From an uncultured Acidobacteriota bacterium (GTDB taxonomy: Bacteria; Acidobacteriota; Terriglobia; Acidiferrales; UBA7541), in the NCBI GenBank assembly GCA_963788725.1, contig CAWBHT010000003.1:224354-288353 (forward strand): a stretch of 64,000 nucleotides of DNA. Direction: 5' to 3'. A program made the position numbers and the translations under genes. Below, piece after piece: positions 31,428-42,348 of this stretch (within the stretch, counting starts at the first letter, position 1; every line of letters starts with the position of its first letter). The notes under the pieces are model-generated. The model searched no databases, was not told the origin of the DNA, and was given only the letters and a program-made list of their open reading frames with translations.

Positions 31428-31767
31428 ACCTCCGCGACATGCCGCAGATCCCGTGAAAGCGTTTTGTGTCGGGGTTACATCTGGGAAGTCTTCTTGATGT
31501 GCGCGATATTGCGCTCGCGAATCGTCGCTGTCAATGACCTGCCTAGTACCGATCCGGTAAGTACCCGCGAATCAATCGAAATCAGAAGATGTTGCAACTA
31601 CGTTGCATCCGTTTCTAACGAATTCTTTACGCTTTCAAGCGCGCACACTGATCGATGCCAATCTCACTCGCTGATCGCTCCGCCCCATGTGGACTGTAGT
31701 AGCAGACGTCGCATTTATGTAAGAGCTGAGCTGGCTAGTCGGCAATTGGCGTGTCTACACCGTGTCA

Positions 31768-32379
31768 TCAGGAGCGGCGCTGCTTTTCCTCCGCATACGC
31801 CGGAAATTTCGCTTGGCCCCGCTGTGCCAATTCCCGCTCCACCTTCTTCAGCCACTTCAATTCCGCCCGAAATTGCTCAATCATGAGACTCACCATCCAC
31901 ACCGCCTCATGATAAGGATGGCCCGTCTCCCGCAAAACTTCGCGCAGAGTCTGTTTCTCGCGCACCAGCTCTGAGTGCAAATACTCTCGCCGTCGCGCGA
32001 TCTGCCGCGCAAACACGCCGGGCCGCGCCTGCCACGAAAGCGCCATCCAGGTCAGAAAAGGCGGCCGCTCACGTTGCTTTGCCCAGTCCTCCCGCTCCAG
32101 CGCCTCGCCCAGAGATGCGCGCCCTTTCGCCGTTGTCTCAAACACGCGCCGCTCAGGTCCCTCCGCTGGCTGCTCGCTCTCGGCCGCGCGCACCAACCCC
32201 GCCGCCGCCAGTTTCTCCAGTGAGTAGTACACCTGCGGCCGCGAAATCCCCGCCCAGTCCCGCACGCACCGCCGCTCCAGCTCCAGATTCGCCTGGTACC
32301 CATGCATCCTGCGCTCGGCTAGCAAACTCAGCAGCACCAGATCCGGCGTAGTCAGTTCGTTCTGTCGCTTTCGTTTCAT
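31768..32379 (-). CDS. PadR family transcriptional regulator
   Basis: LLSLLAERRMHGYQ...QVYYSLEKLAAAGLV...RRVFETTAKGR plus C-terminal helices. Confidence 0.9.
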   Translation of the reverse strand: MKRKRQNELTTPDLVLLSLLAERRMHGYQANLELERRCVRDWAGISRPQVYYSLEKLAAAGLVRAAESEQPAEGPERRVFETTAKGRASLGEALEREDWAKQRERPPFLTWMALSWQARPGVFARQIARRREYLHSELVREKQTLREVLRETGHPYHEAVWMVSLMIEQFRAELKWLKKVERELAQRGQAKFPAYAEEKQRRS

Positions 32380-32714
32380 CTCGACCGGCGCAGCCGTGTG
32401 CCCGTTCTTGTCTGTGACCTCTGTGCGCTCCGTGGTGAGCTTCTTCCCTTCTTCCTTTTCTCACTCCACCACCACCATTGGCATTTCTCCGCCGGCAATC
32501 GCGGATTCCGCGCCTGCGCCACCGCCGCGTGAAACACGTCCAGCACGCAGATGTCCTGATGCTGCTGCGCCACGCGTCCCAATTTCCGATACATCTTTTC
32601 CGGATCCTGCCGCGCCAGTTGCGCCACTGTCCGCACTCCCAGCAGCTCAAAGTCCCGCAACATCGCCGGCCCGATCGAGATGAGTTCGCCGAGCCGTCGG
32701 ACTTTCATGCTCAT
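32376..32714 (-). CDS. Helix-hairpin-helix protein (Cdd1/mitomycin-resistance-like)
   Basis: AGGAGG RBS; LISIGPAMLRDFELLGV, DPEKMY, DICVLDVF, QWWWWS; overlaps the padR start. Confidence 0.8.
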   Translation of the reverse strand: MSMKVRRLGELISIGPAMLRDFELLGVRTVAQLARQDPEKMYRKLGRVAQQHQDICVLDVFHAAVAQARNPRLPAEKCQWWWWSEKRKKGRSSPRSAQRSQTRTGTRLRRSR

Positions 32715-32814
32715 AAGACCTCCTTGACATCCACAAATGAACCCGCTATGTTCTACTAGTCTAAACAAGACTACCGCCCCTGGCAACAAAATCCTTTGTC
32801 ACAGGAGTACCACC

Positions 32815-33204
32815 ATGATCGTCAAACGCATCACCCCGGTCCTGTTCGTCAAGGAAATCGAGCCTATCCTGCCGTTCTGGGTCGATTGCCTCGATTTCAC
32901 AAAAAGCATCGAAGTGCCTCACGGCGATAGGCTTGGCTTCGTCGCCCTCCAACACGGCCACACCGAAATCATGTACCAGACGTATGCCAGCCTCGGCGAT
33001 GACATGCCTCTCATCCTCGATGCTGCCAAAAAAGGGCCGACCTTCCTCTACATCGAAGTGGACAATCTCGATGCCGTCAAAGCTTCCCTCAAAAACTCCA
33101 AAATCACTCAGGCTGAGCGCACCGCGTTCTACGGCATGCGCGAAGTCGGCTTCCAGGATCCTGCAGGCCACTACATCACCTTCGCTCAAGCAGTCGCGAA
33201 GTAA
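32815..33204 (+). CDS. VOC/glyoxalase family protein
   Basis: ITPVLFV...FW..LDF, LYIEVDNLDAV, FYGMREVGFQDPAGH. Confidence 0.88.
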   Translation: MIVKRITPVLFVKEIEPILPFWVDCLDFTKSIEVPHGDRLGFVALQHGHTEIMYQTYASLGDDMPLILDAAKKGPTFLYIEVDNLDAVKASLKNSKITQAERTAFYGMREVGFQDPAGHYITFAQAVAK

Positions 33205-33300
33205 CCGCATTCTTTTCTTTGCGTACAAGCGCTTCGGCAGTTAGGATGACGCGCACCACTCACCGGCATACAGGCTGGAGCTGAGAATGGGAGCCCTTGC

Positions 33301-33726
33301 ATGCACTTGCACCATGTCAACCTGCTAGCCGTGCTCGTCGCCGCAATCTCTACAATGATTGTCGGCTTCCTTTGGTATTCCCCGATCCTCTTCGCCAAGC
33401 CTTGGATGCGGGAAATGGGCTACGACCCTGAGGACAAAGCCAGAATCAAGGAGATGCAAAAAAGCGCTGGTCCGGCGTACGCAGGTTCCTTCGTTGCCAG
33501 CCTGATCTCCGCATTCGTGCTGGCCTTGTTCTTCCATTGGCTTCGGGTCAGCGGTATCCACTATGGACTGATCACTTCTTTCCACGTCTGGCTCGGCTTC
33601 GTCGCCACCGTACAATTCACTGACGCGCTCTTCCAGAAAAAGAGCATGAAACTCTTCGCCATCAACACCGGCTTTCAGCTGCTCTGCTTCCTGGCCATGG
33701 GAGCAATTCTCGCCAGCTGGACGTAA
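33301..33726 (+). CDS. DUF1761 membrane protein
   Basis: NLLAVLVAA...GFLWYSPILFAKPW...FAINTGF; 4 TM. Confidence 0.88.
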   Translation: MHLHHVNLLAVLVAAISTMIVGFLWYSPILFAKPWMREMGYDPEDKARIKEMQKSAGPAYAGSFVASLISAFVLALFFHWLRVSGIHYGLITSFHVWLGFVATVQFTDALFQKKSMKLFAINTGFQLLCFLAMGAILASWT

Positions 33727-33811
33727 CAAAGCCTGGCGACAGGGTTCTCGCCTCACTCAGCGCATTTCGGCGCATCCAATATCCGTCAGCCAACCATTCT
33801 CCGAGGGAAAA

Positions 33812-34519
33812 ATGGGCGAGATGATCGAATTCAAACGGCCGGACGGCAAGAGCTGCCCAGGCTACTTGGCAGCGCCGTTAATCAGTGGCGATCAGGAACG
33901 AACCAACGCTCCTGGCATCGTGGTCATTCAGGAATGGTGGGGCCTCAACGATCAGATCAAAAAGACCGGGGACCGCTTCGCCCAGGCGGGGTTTCGTGCG
34001 CTCGTGCCAGACCTGTTTCGCGGCAAGGTCGCCAAGGCGCCCGACGAAGCGCGTCACCTGATGACCGGGCTAAATTTTCCCGACGCCGCCAATCAGGATA
34101 TCCGCGGCGCCTTGCAGTACCTGAAACAGACGTCCGGAAAAGCGGCCGTGGCAGGCTTCTGCATGGGCGGCGCGCTCACTATCATGGCCGCCGCAAAAGT
34201 CCAAGAGATGGATGCCGGCGCCTGCTTCTACGGCATTCCGCCCCTCAGCGCCGACGAAATCAAATCGATCAAAATCCCGCTAATCTGCCATTTCGGCAAC
34301 AAAGACCATTCCTGGACACCCGAGAAAGTGAACGCGCTCGAAGCCGCTCTCAAACAATCGCCGTCCAAGTTCGAACTCTACCGCTACGATGCCGACCACG
34401 CCTTCATGAACGAGCAACGCCCCGAGGTCTACAACCCCGAAGCCGCAAAACTGGCGTGGGACCGCACCATCAGCTTCCTCCACAAACACCTGTCCGAATC
34501 CGCCTCCGCTGCTCACTGA
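33812..34519 (+). CDS. Dienelactone hydrolase family protein (cytoplasmic)
   Basis: QEWWGLN, PDLFRG, GFCMGG, DHAFMN. Confidence 0.92.
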   Translation: MGEMIEFKRPDGKSCPGYLAAPLISGDQERTNAPGIVVIQEWWGLNDQIKKTGDRFAQAGFRALVPDLFRGKVAKAPDEARHLMTGLNFPDAANQDIRGALQYLKQTSGKAAVAGFCMGGALTIMAAAKVQEMDAGACFYGIPPLSADEIKSIKIPLICHFGNKDHSWTPEKVNALEAALKQSPSKFELYRYDADHAFMNEQRPEVYNPEAAKLAWDRTISFLHKHLSESASAAH

Positions 34520-34547
34520 ACCGCGCTTCTGCGCGCAAAGTAGCAGA

Positions 34548-34592
34548 GAGTGTCGCACCCTGCGGGTTACAGAGTGCGCGTTTAGAGGCAAG
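34548..34592 (+). repeat. REP-like dispersed repeat, copy B
   Basis: GAGTGTCGCACCCTGCGGGTTACAGAGTGCGCGTTTAGA. Confidence 0.65.
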
Positions 34593-34671
34593 TAGCAACG
34601 TGCCGCCATCGCATTCCACAGCGTTCGGCCTCCGCACTACATCGAATCCCTAGGAGTCATGCGCCATTCCA

Positions 34672-36225
34672 ATGAGAGCTCCCTGCGAAGAGCTAGCCAT
34701 CCGAACGCACAGCCCAAGTGAGCCCTGCAAACCAGCAGCGGCTGGCTGGATTCTGGCGGCCACAATTCTCGGTTCGAGCATGGCGTTCATCGACAGCACC
34801 ATCGTCAATGTCGCTGCACCCAAACTTCAAAGCGCGTTGCATGCAAGCGTCGTCGACGTGCAGTGGGTCATCGAAGCCTACGGCCTGTTTCTATCCGCGC
34901 TGATTCTAGCCGGCGGCGCACTCGGTGATCGCCTGGGCCGGCGCTTGGTCTTCTTGTGGGGAGTAGCAATATTTGCGGCAGCTTCCGTCGCGTGTGGCGT
35001 TGCTCCCAACGTTCAAGTACTCGTGTTTGCCCGCTCGGTCCAGGGAATCGGCGCCGCACTGATGGTGCCCGGCAGCCTCGCGATCATCAGCGCATCCTTC
35101 GATGAGGCTTCGCGCGGTCGCGCGATCGGCACTTGGTCCGGCTTCACTGCGATCACCATGGCGCTCGGCCCGGTGCTGGGTGGTTGGCTCATCGAGCAAG
35201 CTTCGTGGCGCTGGGCGTTTTTCATCAATGTGCCGCTCGCGGCGGCGGTAGTCTTGATTTCGCTGCGTCACGTTCCGGAAAGCCGGAACTCTGAAACGCA
35301 GCGTCTGGATTGGCTGGGCGCTGTTCTTGCGACAGTGAGCCTGGGCGGCGTAGTGACTGGACTCCTGGAGTCCTCAAAGCTTGGCTGGCGGCATCCCCTG
35401 GTCGTCGTTTGCTTGCTCCTCGGCCTCATTTGCCTCGTGCTCTTCCTATGGGTGGAAACGCATGTCTCCTCGCCCATGGTCTCGCTGGGACTCTTCAAGT
35501 CCGGCTCGTTTCTTGGCGCAAACCTGCTCACCTTGTTCTTGTATGCCGCGCTTGGCGTTTTCTTCTTTCTCTTTCCGCTCAGCCTGATGCAGGTGCATCG
35601 ATACTCCGCCACCGCTGCAGGTGCTGCCAGCTTGCCGATCATCCTGTTAATGTTTTCTCTGTCGCGCTGGTCCGGCGGGCTCGTGAACAAATACGGCGGA
35701 AAGATTCCTCTAATTGCAGGACCGCTCATCGCTGCAGTCGGCTTCATCGCATTTGCTGTCGTATCCGCGGGCGGCAATTACTGGAAGACGTTCTTTCCCG
35801 CCACATTAGTCTTGGGCTTCGGAATGGCCATCACCGTCGCGCCGCTAACCACCGTCGTAATGCAGTCCGTCGATCGCCAGCACACTGGAGCAGCCTCCGG
35901 AATCAACAATGCCGTAGCTCGAGTAGCAGGCGTGCTGGCCATCGCGGTCTTCGGAATCGTGATGGTGAAGACCTTTGCCACTCACGTAGACGCAAGGCTA
36001 GCCCAGCTTTCCGTCTCATCCGATCAGGTTCATGAAGTTCGCGCAAAGGAAATTGAACTCGCGGGAATGGAACTTCCCAAAGATTTGGACGCCCAGGCAA
36101 GCGCAGCAATCCGCCAAGCCATTTCCGAAGGATTCCTCTCCGGATTCCGCCTAGTCTTATTCTCCTGCGCCGGCCTCTCCATCGGCAGCGCAGCAGTTGC
36201 CGGGCTGTTCGTCTCCAAACGATGA
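34672..36225 (+). CDS. MFS transporter, DHA2 (14-TM) type
   Basis: FIDSTIVNVA, GALGDRLGRR, ARSVQGIG, GPVLGGWL, WRWAFFINVP, ASGINNAVAR. Confidence 0.93.
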   Translation: MRAPCEELAIRTHSPSEPCKPAAAGWILAATILGSSMAFIDSTIVNVAAPKLQSALHASVVDVQWVIEAYGLFLSALILAGGALGDRLGRRLVFLWGVAIFAAASVACGVAPNVQVLVFARSVQGIGAALMVPGSLAIISASFDEASRGRAIGTWSGFTAITMALGPVLGGWLIEQASWRWAFFINVPLAAAVVLISLRHVPESRNSETQRLDWLGAVLATVSLGGVVTGLLESSKLGWRHPLVVVCLLLGLICLVLFLWVETHVSSPMVSLGLFKSGSFLGANLLTLFLYAALGVFFFLFPLSLMQVHRYSATAAGAASLPIILLMFSLSRWSGGLVNKYGGKIPLIAGPLIAAVGFIAFAVVSAGGNYWKTFFPATLVLGFGMAITVAPLTTVVMQSVDRQHTGAASGINNAVARVAGVLAIAVFGIVMVKTFATHVDARLAQLSVSSDQVHEVRAKEIELAGMELPKDLDAQASAAIRQAISEGFLSGFRLVLFSCAGLSIGSAAVAGLFVSKR

Positions 36226-36432
36226 ACCTCACACCGACTTAGATTGATCGCGTCTGCTGCACGCCGAGATTTCGCGGCGGAGATTGTAGGGCCACTTCAT
36301 TGCCGCAAGCGGAGCTCTCGAGCTCCTCCATCACATGCTTGCCAAATAAAACATTGCGCTCGCTCGCGCCGCTCGGCAACGTTATGTCCGGGGTCGCAGA
36401 CACGAATTTCAAATGACTGAGTTAGCAAAATG

Positions 36433-36505
36433 TGTCACCTCGACCGGAGCAGCCCGCTTTTTCCTGCGCTTAGTTTTTGAGCGCGGGCTGCGGGGCGGAG
36501 AGACC
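36433..36505. repeat. Palindromic REP-like element between convergent genes
   Basis: TGTCACCTCGACCGGAGC...GCGGAGAGACC enclosing the stem GCAGCCCGC/GCGGGCTGC and an inner GCGCTTA/TGAGCGC hairpin. Confidence 0.6.
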
Positions 36506-36582
36506 ATGGCTTGATCACTACATGCCAGGAATCGGTCCGATAGTCGCTAAACCAGCGCCTCCTCTTCCCATTCACTCACCGC

Positions 36583-38005
36583 TCACTTCTTCTGCGTCCC
36601 GGGTATTGGCCTTCGCTCCATCTCCGTAACCACCGCAATCGAGCGCGCCCCATTCTTCCCCACCGATCGCACCCCGAAAAAATGATTGTCCGTGGACACG
36701 CCCTTCAACACGGTCTGCCCCGCCGCCTCTACGAACTGATACACCGACCATCGCGGCTCCGTCGTCTCCCGCCACAAAATCTCAAATCCGGCGCGCTCCG
36801 AATCTTCCTCCGCCGCAAACGAAACCTTCGCGTCCGGCGTCACTCCTCCGGCCAGCTTCGCCTCCGTAGGCGGCGCAGGAGCCAGCGCCAGCTGTCGCAA
36901 GGCCTCCGCATTGTCTCGTGCCACATTTCCCAACAATGCCGAGTTCAAATATTTCGCGAAGTCCCCATACTCCACACCATTTTCAGTCCGCGGCGTCTGA
37001 TGCTGCCGGTCGTAAATCTCAAACGGCTCGGTAAATCGCACCGCCGGCAATCCCGCTTTATAAAATGGATAGTGATCCCCGCCTCGCCCATAGCGATCCA
37101 CGCGAAACACCATCCGGATCGCCGCCCGTCCATCAATCTCCTCGACCGCCCGCGCCAATTCCCGCGAAGGCGAATCGCAATCCTCAATCTCGCCATTCCC
37201 CGAGAATAGCCGCACGCGATGCGGCGCGCCCGGCGCAGGATCGTCCCCACGATGTCATCGTCCAGCATGCCGCCCACCGTGTAGCCTTTCTCTTTCACCC
37301 ACTCCACCAGATGACCCGGCGCCCAGCAGTCCTTGCTCCTCGCCCGACACCGCCGCAAACAAAATCGTCGCGCGAAATCCTTTCCCGCTTGCGGCCAATC
37401 TTGCTCAGCAACCGCGCCGACTCCACGCTTACCGACACGCCCGATGCATCATCATCCGCGCCCGGCGCGTCGGCTTGCGTGTCCTGATCGTTCGAAGGGC
37501 GCGAATCGAAATGCCCCGACACAATAAACACCGTCTTCTCCAGCTTCTGATCCGTCCCCGGCAAAATCGCGTACACATTTTCCATATGTGCTGGCTTGTT
37601 CGACGTCCGCACCGATGTGCCCTCGTAGCTGTCCACCATCACCTGCAGCTTCCCGCCGGTGCTCTTCGAAATCTCGTTCAATCGCGCCACGATCTGATCG
37701 CGCCCGCAACCCGGACCCCGCTTGGCGTCATCCCACGCAGCGATCGACAATCGCGTCCCGCATGCCACCAGCCGGTCGATCAGCGCGCGCATCGATTTCT
37801 CATCCACGCTCGTTCGCGTCACCGGTCCCGCTGGCCGCGCCACAACTTTCACCTTCGGTGCACCTGACGCCGGTTCCACTGGATCGCGCCACACTGCGCT
37901 CTTCTGCGCCGTTGCAGCAGTGGCGCCGATCAGCAAGCTCGCAATCAGAGCGCTGTAACGCAAAATCGTACCGCCGAACAAATCGCACTTCGTACGTTTG
38001 ATCAT
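36583..38005 (-). CDS. M28 family metallopeptidase, three frameshifts (~37400, ~37316, ~37245)
   Basis: Signal peptide, SGHFDSR, APGADDDASG, reconstructed FAAVSGEEQGLLG and MLDDDIVG, DRYGRGGDHYPF, AVRFTE, RQH. Confidence 0.88.
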
Positions 38006-38205
38006 TGAATTTACCTTCGATCCCAGTCTTGAACTTACAAGAGGATGTCCCTAGAGGGCGCATGCATTTTACCCTGTCGACGTTCGCCAACCTACAATCC
38101 TCGCCGCCTCATTACGCCTTTTCCCCCGCGCCTGCCCTAAACGCGATTCGTCTTGCATCCATTCCTTCGCTACAATAAAGGTTTCCTTCGAGGTCGATCA
38201 ACAGC

Positions 38206-39276
38206 ATGTACGTAGCCCAACCAATCGAGTGGACCGATCACGGCGTGGTCATGCTCGACCAGCGACGCCTTCCAACCGACGAAATCCATCACACCTACAC
38301 CGACTATCGCGAAGTCGCCAAGGCCATTCGCGACATGGTGATTCGCGGCGCGCCGGCCATCGGCGTCGCGGCGGCAATGGGTGTCGCGCTCGGCGTGCAC
38401 CAATCGAAAGCCAAATCAGTCGACGAATTGCGCCCTGAGTTCGCTGAAATCTGCGATCTCCTTTCGAAAACGCGCCCCACCGCCGTCGATCTCTTCTGGG
38501 CGCTCGAACGCATGAAAGCACGCTTCGCCGGACTGACGGCAGAAACTTCCGATCTCGACACTATTCGCACATCGCTGATCGCCGAAGCTCGCCTGGTCCA
38601 TCTCGAAAAGAAAGCCACCGATGAAGCTATCGGCCGCTTCGGCGCCGAACTCATGCCGCGCGATGGCCAGGTGATGACGCAGTGCAACGCCGGAGCCCTC
38701 GCCACCGGGGGCATCGGCACCGCGTTGGGTGTGATTCGCGTCGCCTTCGAACAGGGGCACAAGCTTCATGTCCTGGTTCCAGAAACGCGACCATACCTCC
38801 AGGGCGCGCGCCTCACCGCTTGGGAACTTCACCGCGGCGGCATCCCTCTCACACTGATCACCGACAACATGGTCGGGCATTTCATGAAGACCGGAAAAGT
38901 TGGCGCGGTCGTCACCGGCGCAGACCGCATCGCTGCGAACGGCGACTCCGCCAACAAAATCGGTACCTATCAAATCGCGGTGTTGGCAAAAGAAAACAAC
39001 GTGCCCTTCTACATCGCCGCGCCGGTCTCGACCTTCGATCTCTCCATCCCGGACGGCGATCACATTCCCATCGAAGAGCGCTCCGCCGCAGAAGTCACGC
39101 ACATCCAAAATGTGCGCATCGCCCCCGACGTCCACGCCGCTCATCCGGCTTTCGATGTCACGCCTGCGCGCTACATCGCCGCCATCTTCACCGAACGCGG
39201 CGTCGCTCGCGCGCCCTACCTTGAATCGCTGAAGGCCTTAGCCGCCGCGCCACAACTTGTCGCGGCCACGCACTGA
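38206..39276 (+). CDS. mtnA: Methylthioribose-1-phosphate isomerase
   Basis: [69 protein letters not shown]. Confidence 0.96.
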   Translation: MYVAQPIEWTDHGVVMLDQRRLPTDEIHHTYTDYREVAKAIRDMVIRGAPAIGVAAAMGVALGVHQSKAKSVDELRPEFAEICDLLSKTRPTAVDLFWALERMKARFAGLTAETSDLDTIRTSLIAEARLVHLEKKATDEAIGRFGAELMPRDGQVMTQCNAGALATGGIGTALGVIRVAFEQGHKLHVLVPETRPYLQGARLTAWELHRGGIPLTLITDNMVGHFMKTGKVGAVVTGADRIAANGDSANKIGTYQIAVLAKENNVPFYIAAPVSTFDLSIPDGDHIPIEERSAAEVTHIQNVRIAPDVHAAHPAFDVTPARYIAAIFTERGVARAPYLESLKALAAAPQLVAATH

Positions 39277-39359
39277 CTCTCCCCCATGCTGTCACGCCGA
39301 TAGCCGACTTCGCATGACTTGGGTATGCTAAGGCGCACCAGACGGGGACCTCGCGCTTA

Positions 39360-41630
39360 ATGTCAGAACTTCCGCAATCCATCGGGCCGTACCGAATTTT
39401 GTCCAAAGTCGGTGAAGGCGGTATGGGTGTGGTTTACAAGGCGGAAGATCAGCGACTCGGCCGCGTGGTCGCCCTCAAAGTGATCCGCGAATATCGCTCG
39501 ACCGACACTTCCCGCCAGCAACGTTTCTGGCAAGAAGCTCGCGCAGCCGCCCAGGTGGCGCATCCAAACGCCTGCCGCCTCTACGACATCGCTGAAAATG
39601 ACGACCAACTCGTCCTCGTCATGGAATTCATCGAAGGCGACTCGCTTGCCCTGCGTCTGCTGCAAGGGGCAATGCCGCCGCGTGAGGCCGCGCAAATTAT
39701 TTTGTCCTTGCTCTCTGCTCTCGAGGCCTTCCACAAGTTGGGCATCGTTCATCGCGATTTGAAGCCCGGCAATATTTTGCTCTCCGCTGCCGGAACAAAG
39801 CTGCTCGATTTCGGTATCGCCAAACAAATGCCGCTGACGCCGCTGCCGGAAACCGCCGCTACCGTCCTCGACACCACCATGCCCGGCTCTTTTCTCGGCA
39901 CGCCCAAATATGCCTCGCCCGAACAATTTCGCGGATTGCAGGTCGACGCGCGCTCTGATCTTTTTTCCGTCGGCGTTATTTTTTTCGAAATGCTCACCGG
40001 ACACCGTCCTTTTCCAGGCGAATCGTTTGGCGACCTTGCGCACTCCGTTTTGTACGGCACTCCGCCTGCTCTCAGCGGCTCGCCCGCGATTTCCGCCATG
40101 GGTCGCATCGTGCACCGCGCCCTGGCGCGAGACCCGCAGGAACGCTACCCGACCGCAGAGTCCATGTCCGCGGACATTCGCGCCGCTCTCTTGATGGAAG
40201 GCATCGACACCAAAGCCCGTGCTGAAGCGCTGCGTCGCCTCATCGTTCTGCCATTCCGAATGTTGCGCGCCAGCGAGGAGACGCAATTTCTCGCCTACAG
40301 CCTGCCCGAAGCCATCACCGTTTCACTCGCGGGACTCGACAGTCTCGTGGTGCGCTCGTCTCTGGTCGCTTCTCAATATCCGGTGGAAACTCTTGATCTG
40401 CAAAAAATCGCGCGCGAGGCCGAGGTTGACATCGTTCTTACCGGAACCCTGTTAAGCGTGGGTGAGCAGATTCGTATCACTGCGCAACTTACCGAAGCGC
40501 CCAGCGGCACCTTGCTTTGGTCGCATTCCGCGCATGCCACCGCGCGCGAACTCCTGCAACTTCACGACGATCTCGTGCGCCGCGTCGTCGATTCGATTCT
40601 TCCCTCGCTCACTCCGCAAGAGCATCGCTCGCTGCAACAAGAGCGTCCCGAAAGCCCCACCGTTTATCAGCTTTATTTGCAGGCCAACGAATTTTGCCGC
40701 CAATGGGAAAATCTGCCCACGGCCATCGCATTGTACGAGCGCTGCCTCCAGCTGGAAGACACGTATGCGCCCGCTTGGGCTCGCCTTGGACGCGCGCGGT
40801 GGATTCTCGACAAATACAGTCGCGGCTCACTGGAAGGCATGCGCGCGGCGGACGACGCATTCCAGGCCGCGCTGCGTCTGAATCCCGATCTTACTCTCGC
40901 GCATAATCTTTACACCGCGCTGCAGGTGGATCAGGGACAAACGTTCGACGCTATGCGCCGCCTGTTGGATCGCGCGCAAAAGCGGCGCAGCGATCCCGAG
41001 CTTTTCGCCGGCCTGGGTCACGTGTGCCGCTATGGCGGAATGCTTCAGGCTGCCCTCGCGGCGCAGCGCGAAGCCCGGCGGCTTGATCCGCGCATTTCCA
41101 TCAGCATCAATCACACCTATTTCATGCTCGGCGATCCGCAAAGCGCATTGGAATCCAGCGGACGCGATTTCGGATATGCGGTGGGATTCGCGCTCGCCAA
41201 ACTTGGGCGCGTACCGGAAGCGATCGCGACGCTGCGCGAACGAGAGCTGACCAATCCGCCCAGACTCGCAAAGCTGTACATTGCTTCGCTGCGTGCGCTG
41301 CTCGAAGGAAATCGTGAGGAGTGTGTCGTGGCCACCGACGAGCTGCTTCTGACCACTTTCCGTGATCCCGAAGGGATGTACTACCAGGCGCTTCAGCTCG
41401 GCTATCTCAACGAACAATCACGCGCGCTGGAGATGTTGCGGCGCTCCGTCGACAACGGTTTCTACTGTTACGCTGCAATGGTCAGCGAACCGTGGCTCGA
41501 TTCGCTGCGTGGCTTACCGGAATTTACCGCCATTCTCCGCAAGGCCCACGATCAGCATCTGGAAGCGTACAAAGTATTTCTCGCCGCCGGGGGCGAAACA
41601 CTCCTCGGACTCCACGCCGGCGCGCACTGA
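39360..41630 (+). CDS. Hanks Ser/Thr kinase with TolB-like and TPR domains
   Basis: GEGGMGVVY, VALK, HRDLKPGN, DFG, YASPEQ; LIVLPF...IRITAQL domain followed by TPRs. Confidence 0.92.
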   Translation: MSELPQSIGPYRILSKVGEGGMGVVYKAEDQRLGRVVALKVIREYRSTDTSRQQRFWQEARAAAQVAHPNACRLYDIAENDDQLVLVMEFIEGDSLALRLLQGAMPPREAAQIILSLLSALEAFHKLGIVHRDLKPGNILLSAAGTKLLDFGIAKQMPLTPLPETAATVLDTTMPGSFLGTPKYASPEQFRGLQVDARSDLFSVGVIFFEMLTGHRPFPGESFGDLAHSVLYGTPPALSGSPAISAMGRIVHRALARDPQERYPTAESMSADIRAALLMEGIDTKARAEALRRLIVLPFRMLRASEETQFLAYSLPEAITVSLAGLDSLVVRSSLVASQYPVETLDLQKIAREAEVDIVLTGTLLSVGEQIRITAQLTEAPSGTLLWSHSAHATARELLQLHDDLVRRVVDSILPSLTPQEHRSLQQERPESPTVYQLYLQANEFCRQWENLPTAIALYERCLQLEDTYAPAWARLGRARWILDKYSRGSLEGMRAADDAFQAALRLNPDLTLAHNLYTALQVDQGQTFDAMRRLLDRAQKRRSDPELFAGLGHVCRYGGMLQAALAAQREARRLDPRISISINHTYFMLGDPQSALESSGRDFGYAVGFALAKLGRVPEAIATLRERELTNPPRLAKLYIASLRALLEGNREECVVATDELLLTTFRDPEGMYYQALQLGYLNEQSRALEMLRRSVDNGFYCYAAMVSEPWLDSLRGLPEFTAILRKAHDQHLEAYKVFLAAGGETLLGLHAGAH

Positions 41631-41799
41631 ACCTGTTCTCCAACTGGAAAGCACTAGGGGGACGCAATGGCTAGCGACTAGCAACGCCCTGCAGCTCAGG
41701 CCTTCAGCCCTGAGAATTTAGACTGCAATGCGACCACCAGCAAAGCGGCGATGACGGTGACCACAGGGCGGTTTTCGTCAGACAACGCAGGTACCCAGA

Positions 41800-42210
41800 T
41801 TACTTTCGAGCGTCCACTGGCGTGATGGCGATCACCGCGCGCTCCCGCGGCCGAAACTTCGCAAAGAAATCGAGCAACTGCTTCCATGGAAAGTATTTCT
41901 TGTTCAGCAGCTGCATGCCGTATTCAAAATCAACACCCGCAACAATCTCTGCGCGCGCCTGCACCCAATCACCCAATACTTTCCCGCGCATATCGCAAGG
42001 CGCGATGCGCACCTTCGCATTGTTGCGAATCCGCTTCACCTTGCCACTATTTCCGATGGTGTAAACGAACAGCCTGGCCTCCCCGCTTCCAAGGCCTCTG
42101 GCGGGATCAGCCGCAAACCAAATCGGCGTCGCCACTCCCAGCCCGCTCTTGCGAAACGTCTCCAGACTCAAATATTTCAAAGCCGCAAACGTCTCAAAAC
42201 CCATACGCAT
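41800..42210 (-). CDS. PPOX-class (F420-dependent-like) oxidoreductase
   Basis: YLSLETFRKSG..VATPIWF, SGKVKRIRNN, IAPCDMRG, KKY. Confidence 0.88.
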   Translation of the reverse strand: MRMGFETFAALKYLSLETFRKSGLGVATPIWFAADPARGLGSGEARLFVYTIGNSGKVKRIRNNAKVRIAPCDMRGKVLGDWVQARAEIVAGVDFEYGMQLLNKKYFPWKQLLDFFAKFRPRERAVIAITPVDARK

Positions 42211-42267
42211 CGCCCTCGGCTAGTTCGATGCGCCCATCTTAGATATGTCACCGCTCTGTCTGTCTTA

Positions 42268-42311
42268 AGGTCGCCACCCTGCGTTTTTCAGCGTGCGCAT
42301 TTAGACCCAAC
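42268..42311 (+). repeat. REP-like dispersed repeat, copy C
   Basis: AGGTCGCCACCCTGCGTTTTTCAGCGTGCGCATTTAGACCCAAC. Confidence 0.65.
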
Positions 42312-42348
42312 TACAAGTACCAATCTGCACTTGTCCACACATACCATC

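Noticed and set aside
41690-41716. Short palindromes CTCAGG/CCTGAG here and CATAGACT-TC-AGTCTGTG near 63871
   Set aside because: Probably single REP-like copies; there is no second copy in the window to support a family.
41800-42210. Evidence for F420 metabolism
   Set aside because: PPOX-fold membership does not establish the cofactor, and there are no F420 biosynthesis genes in the window.
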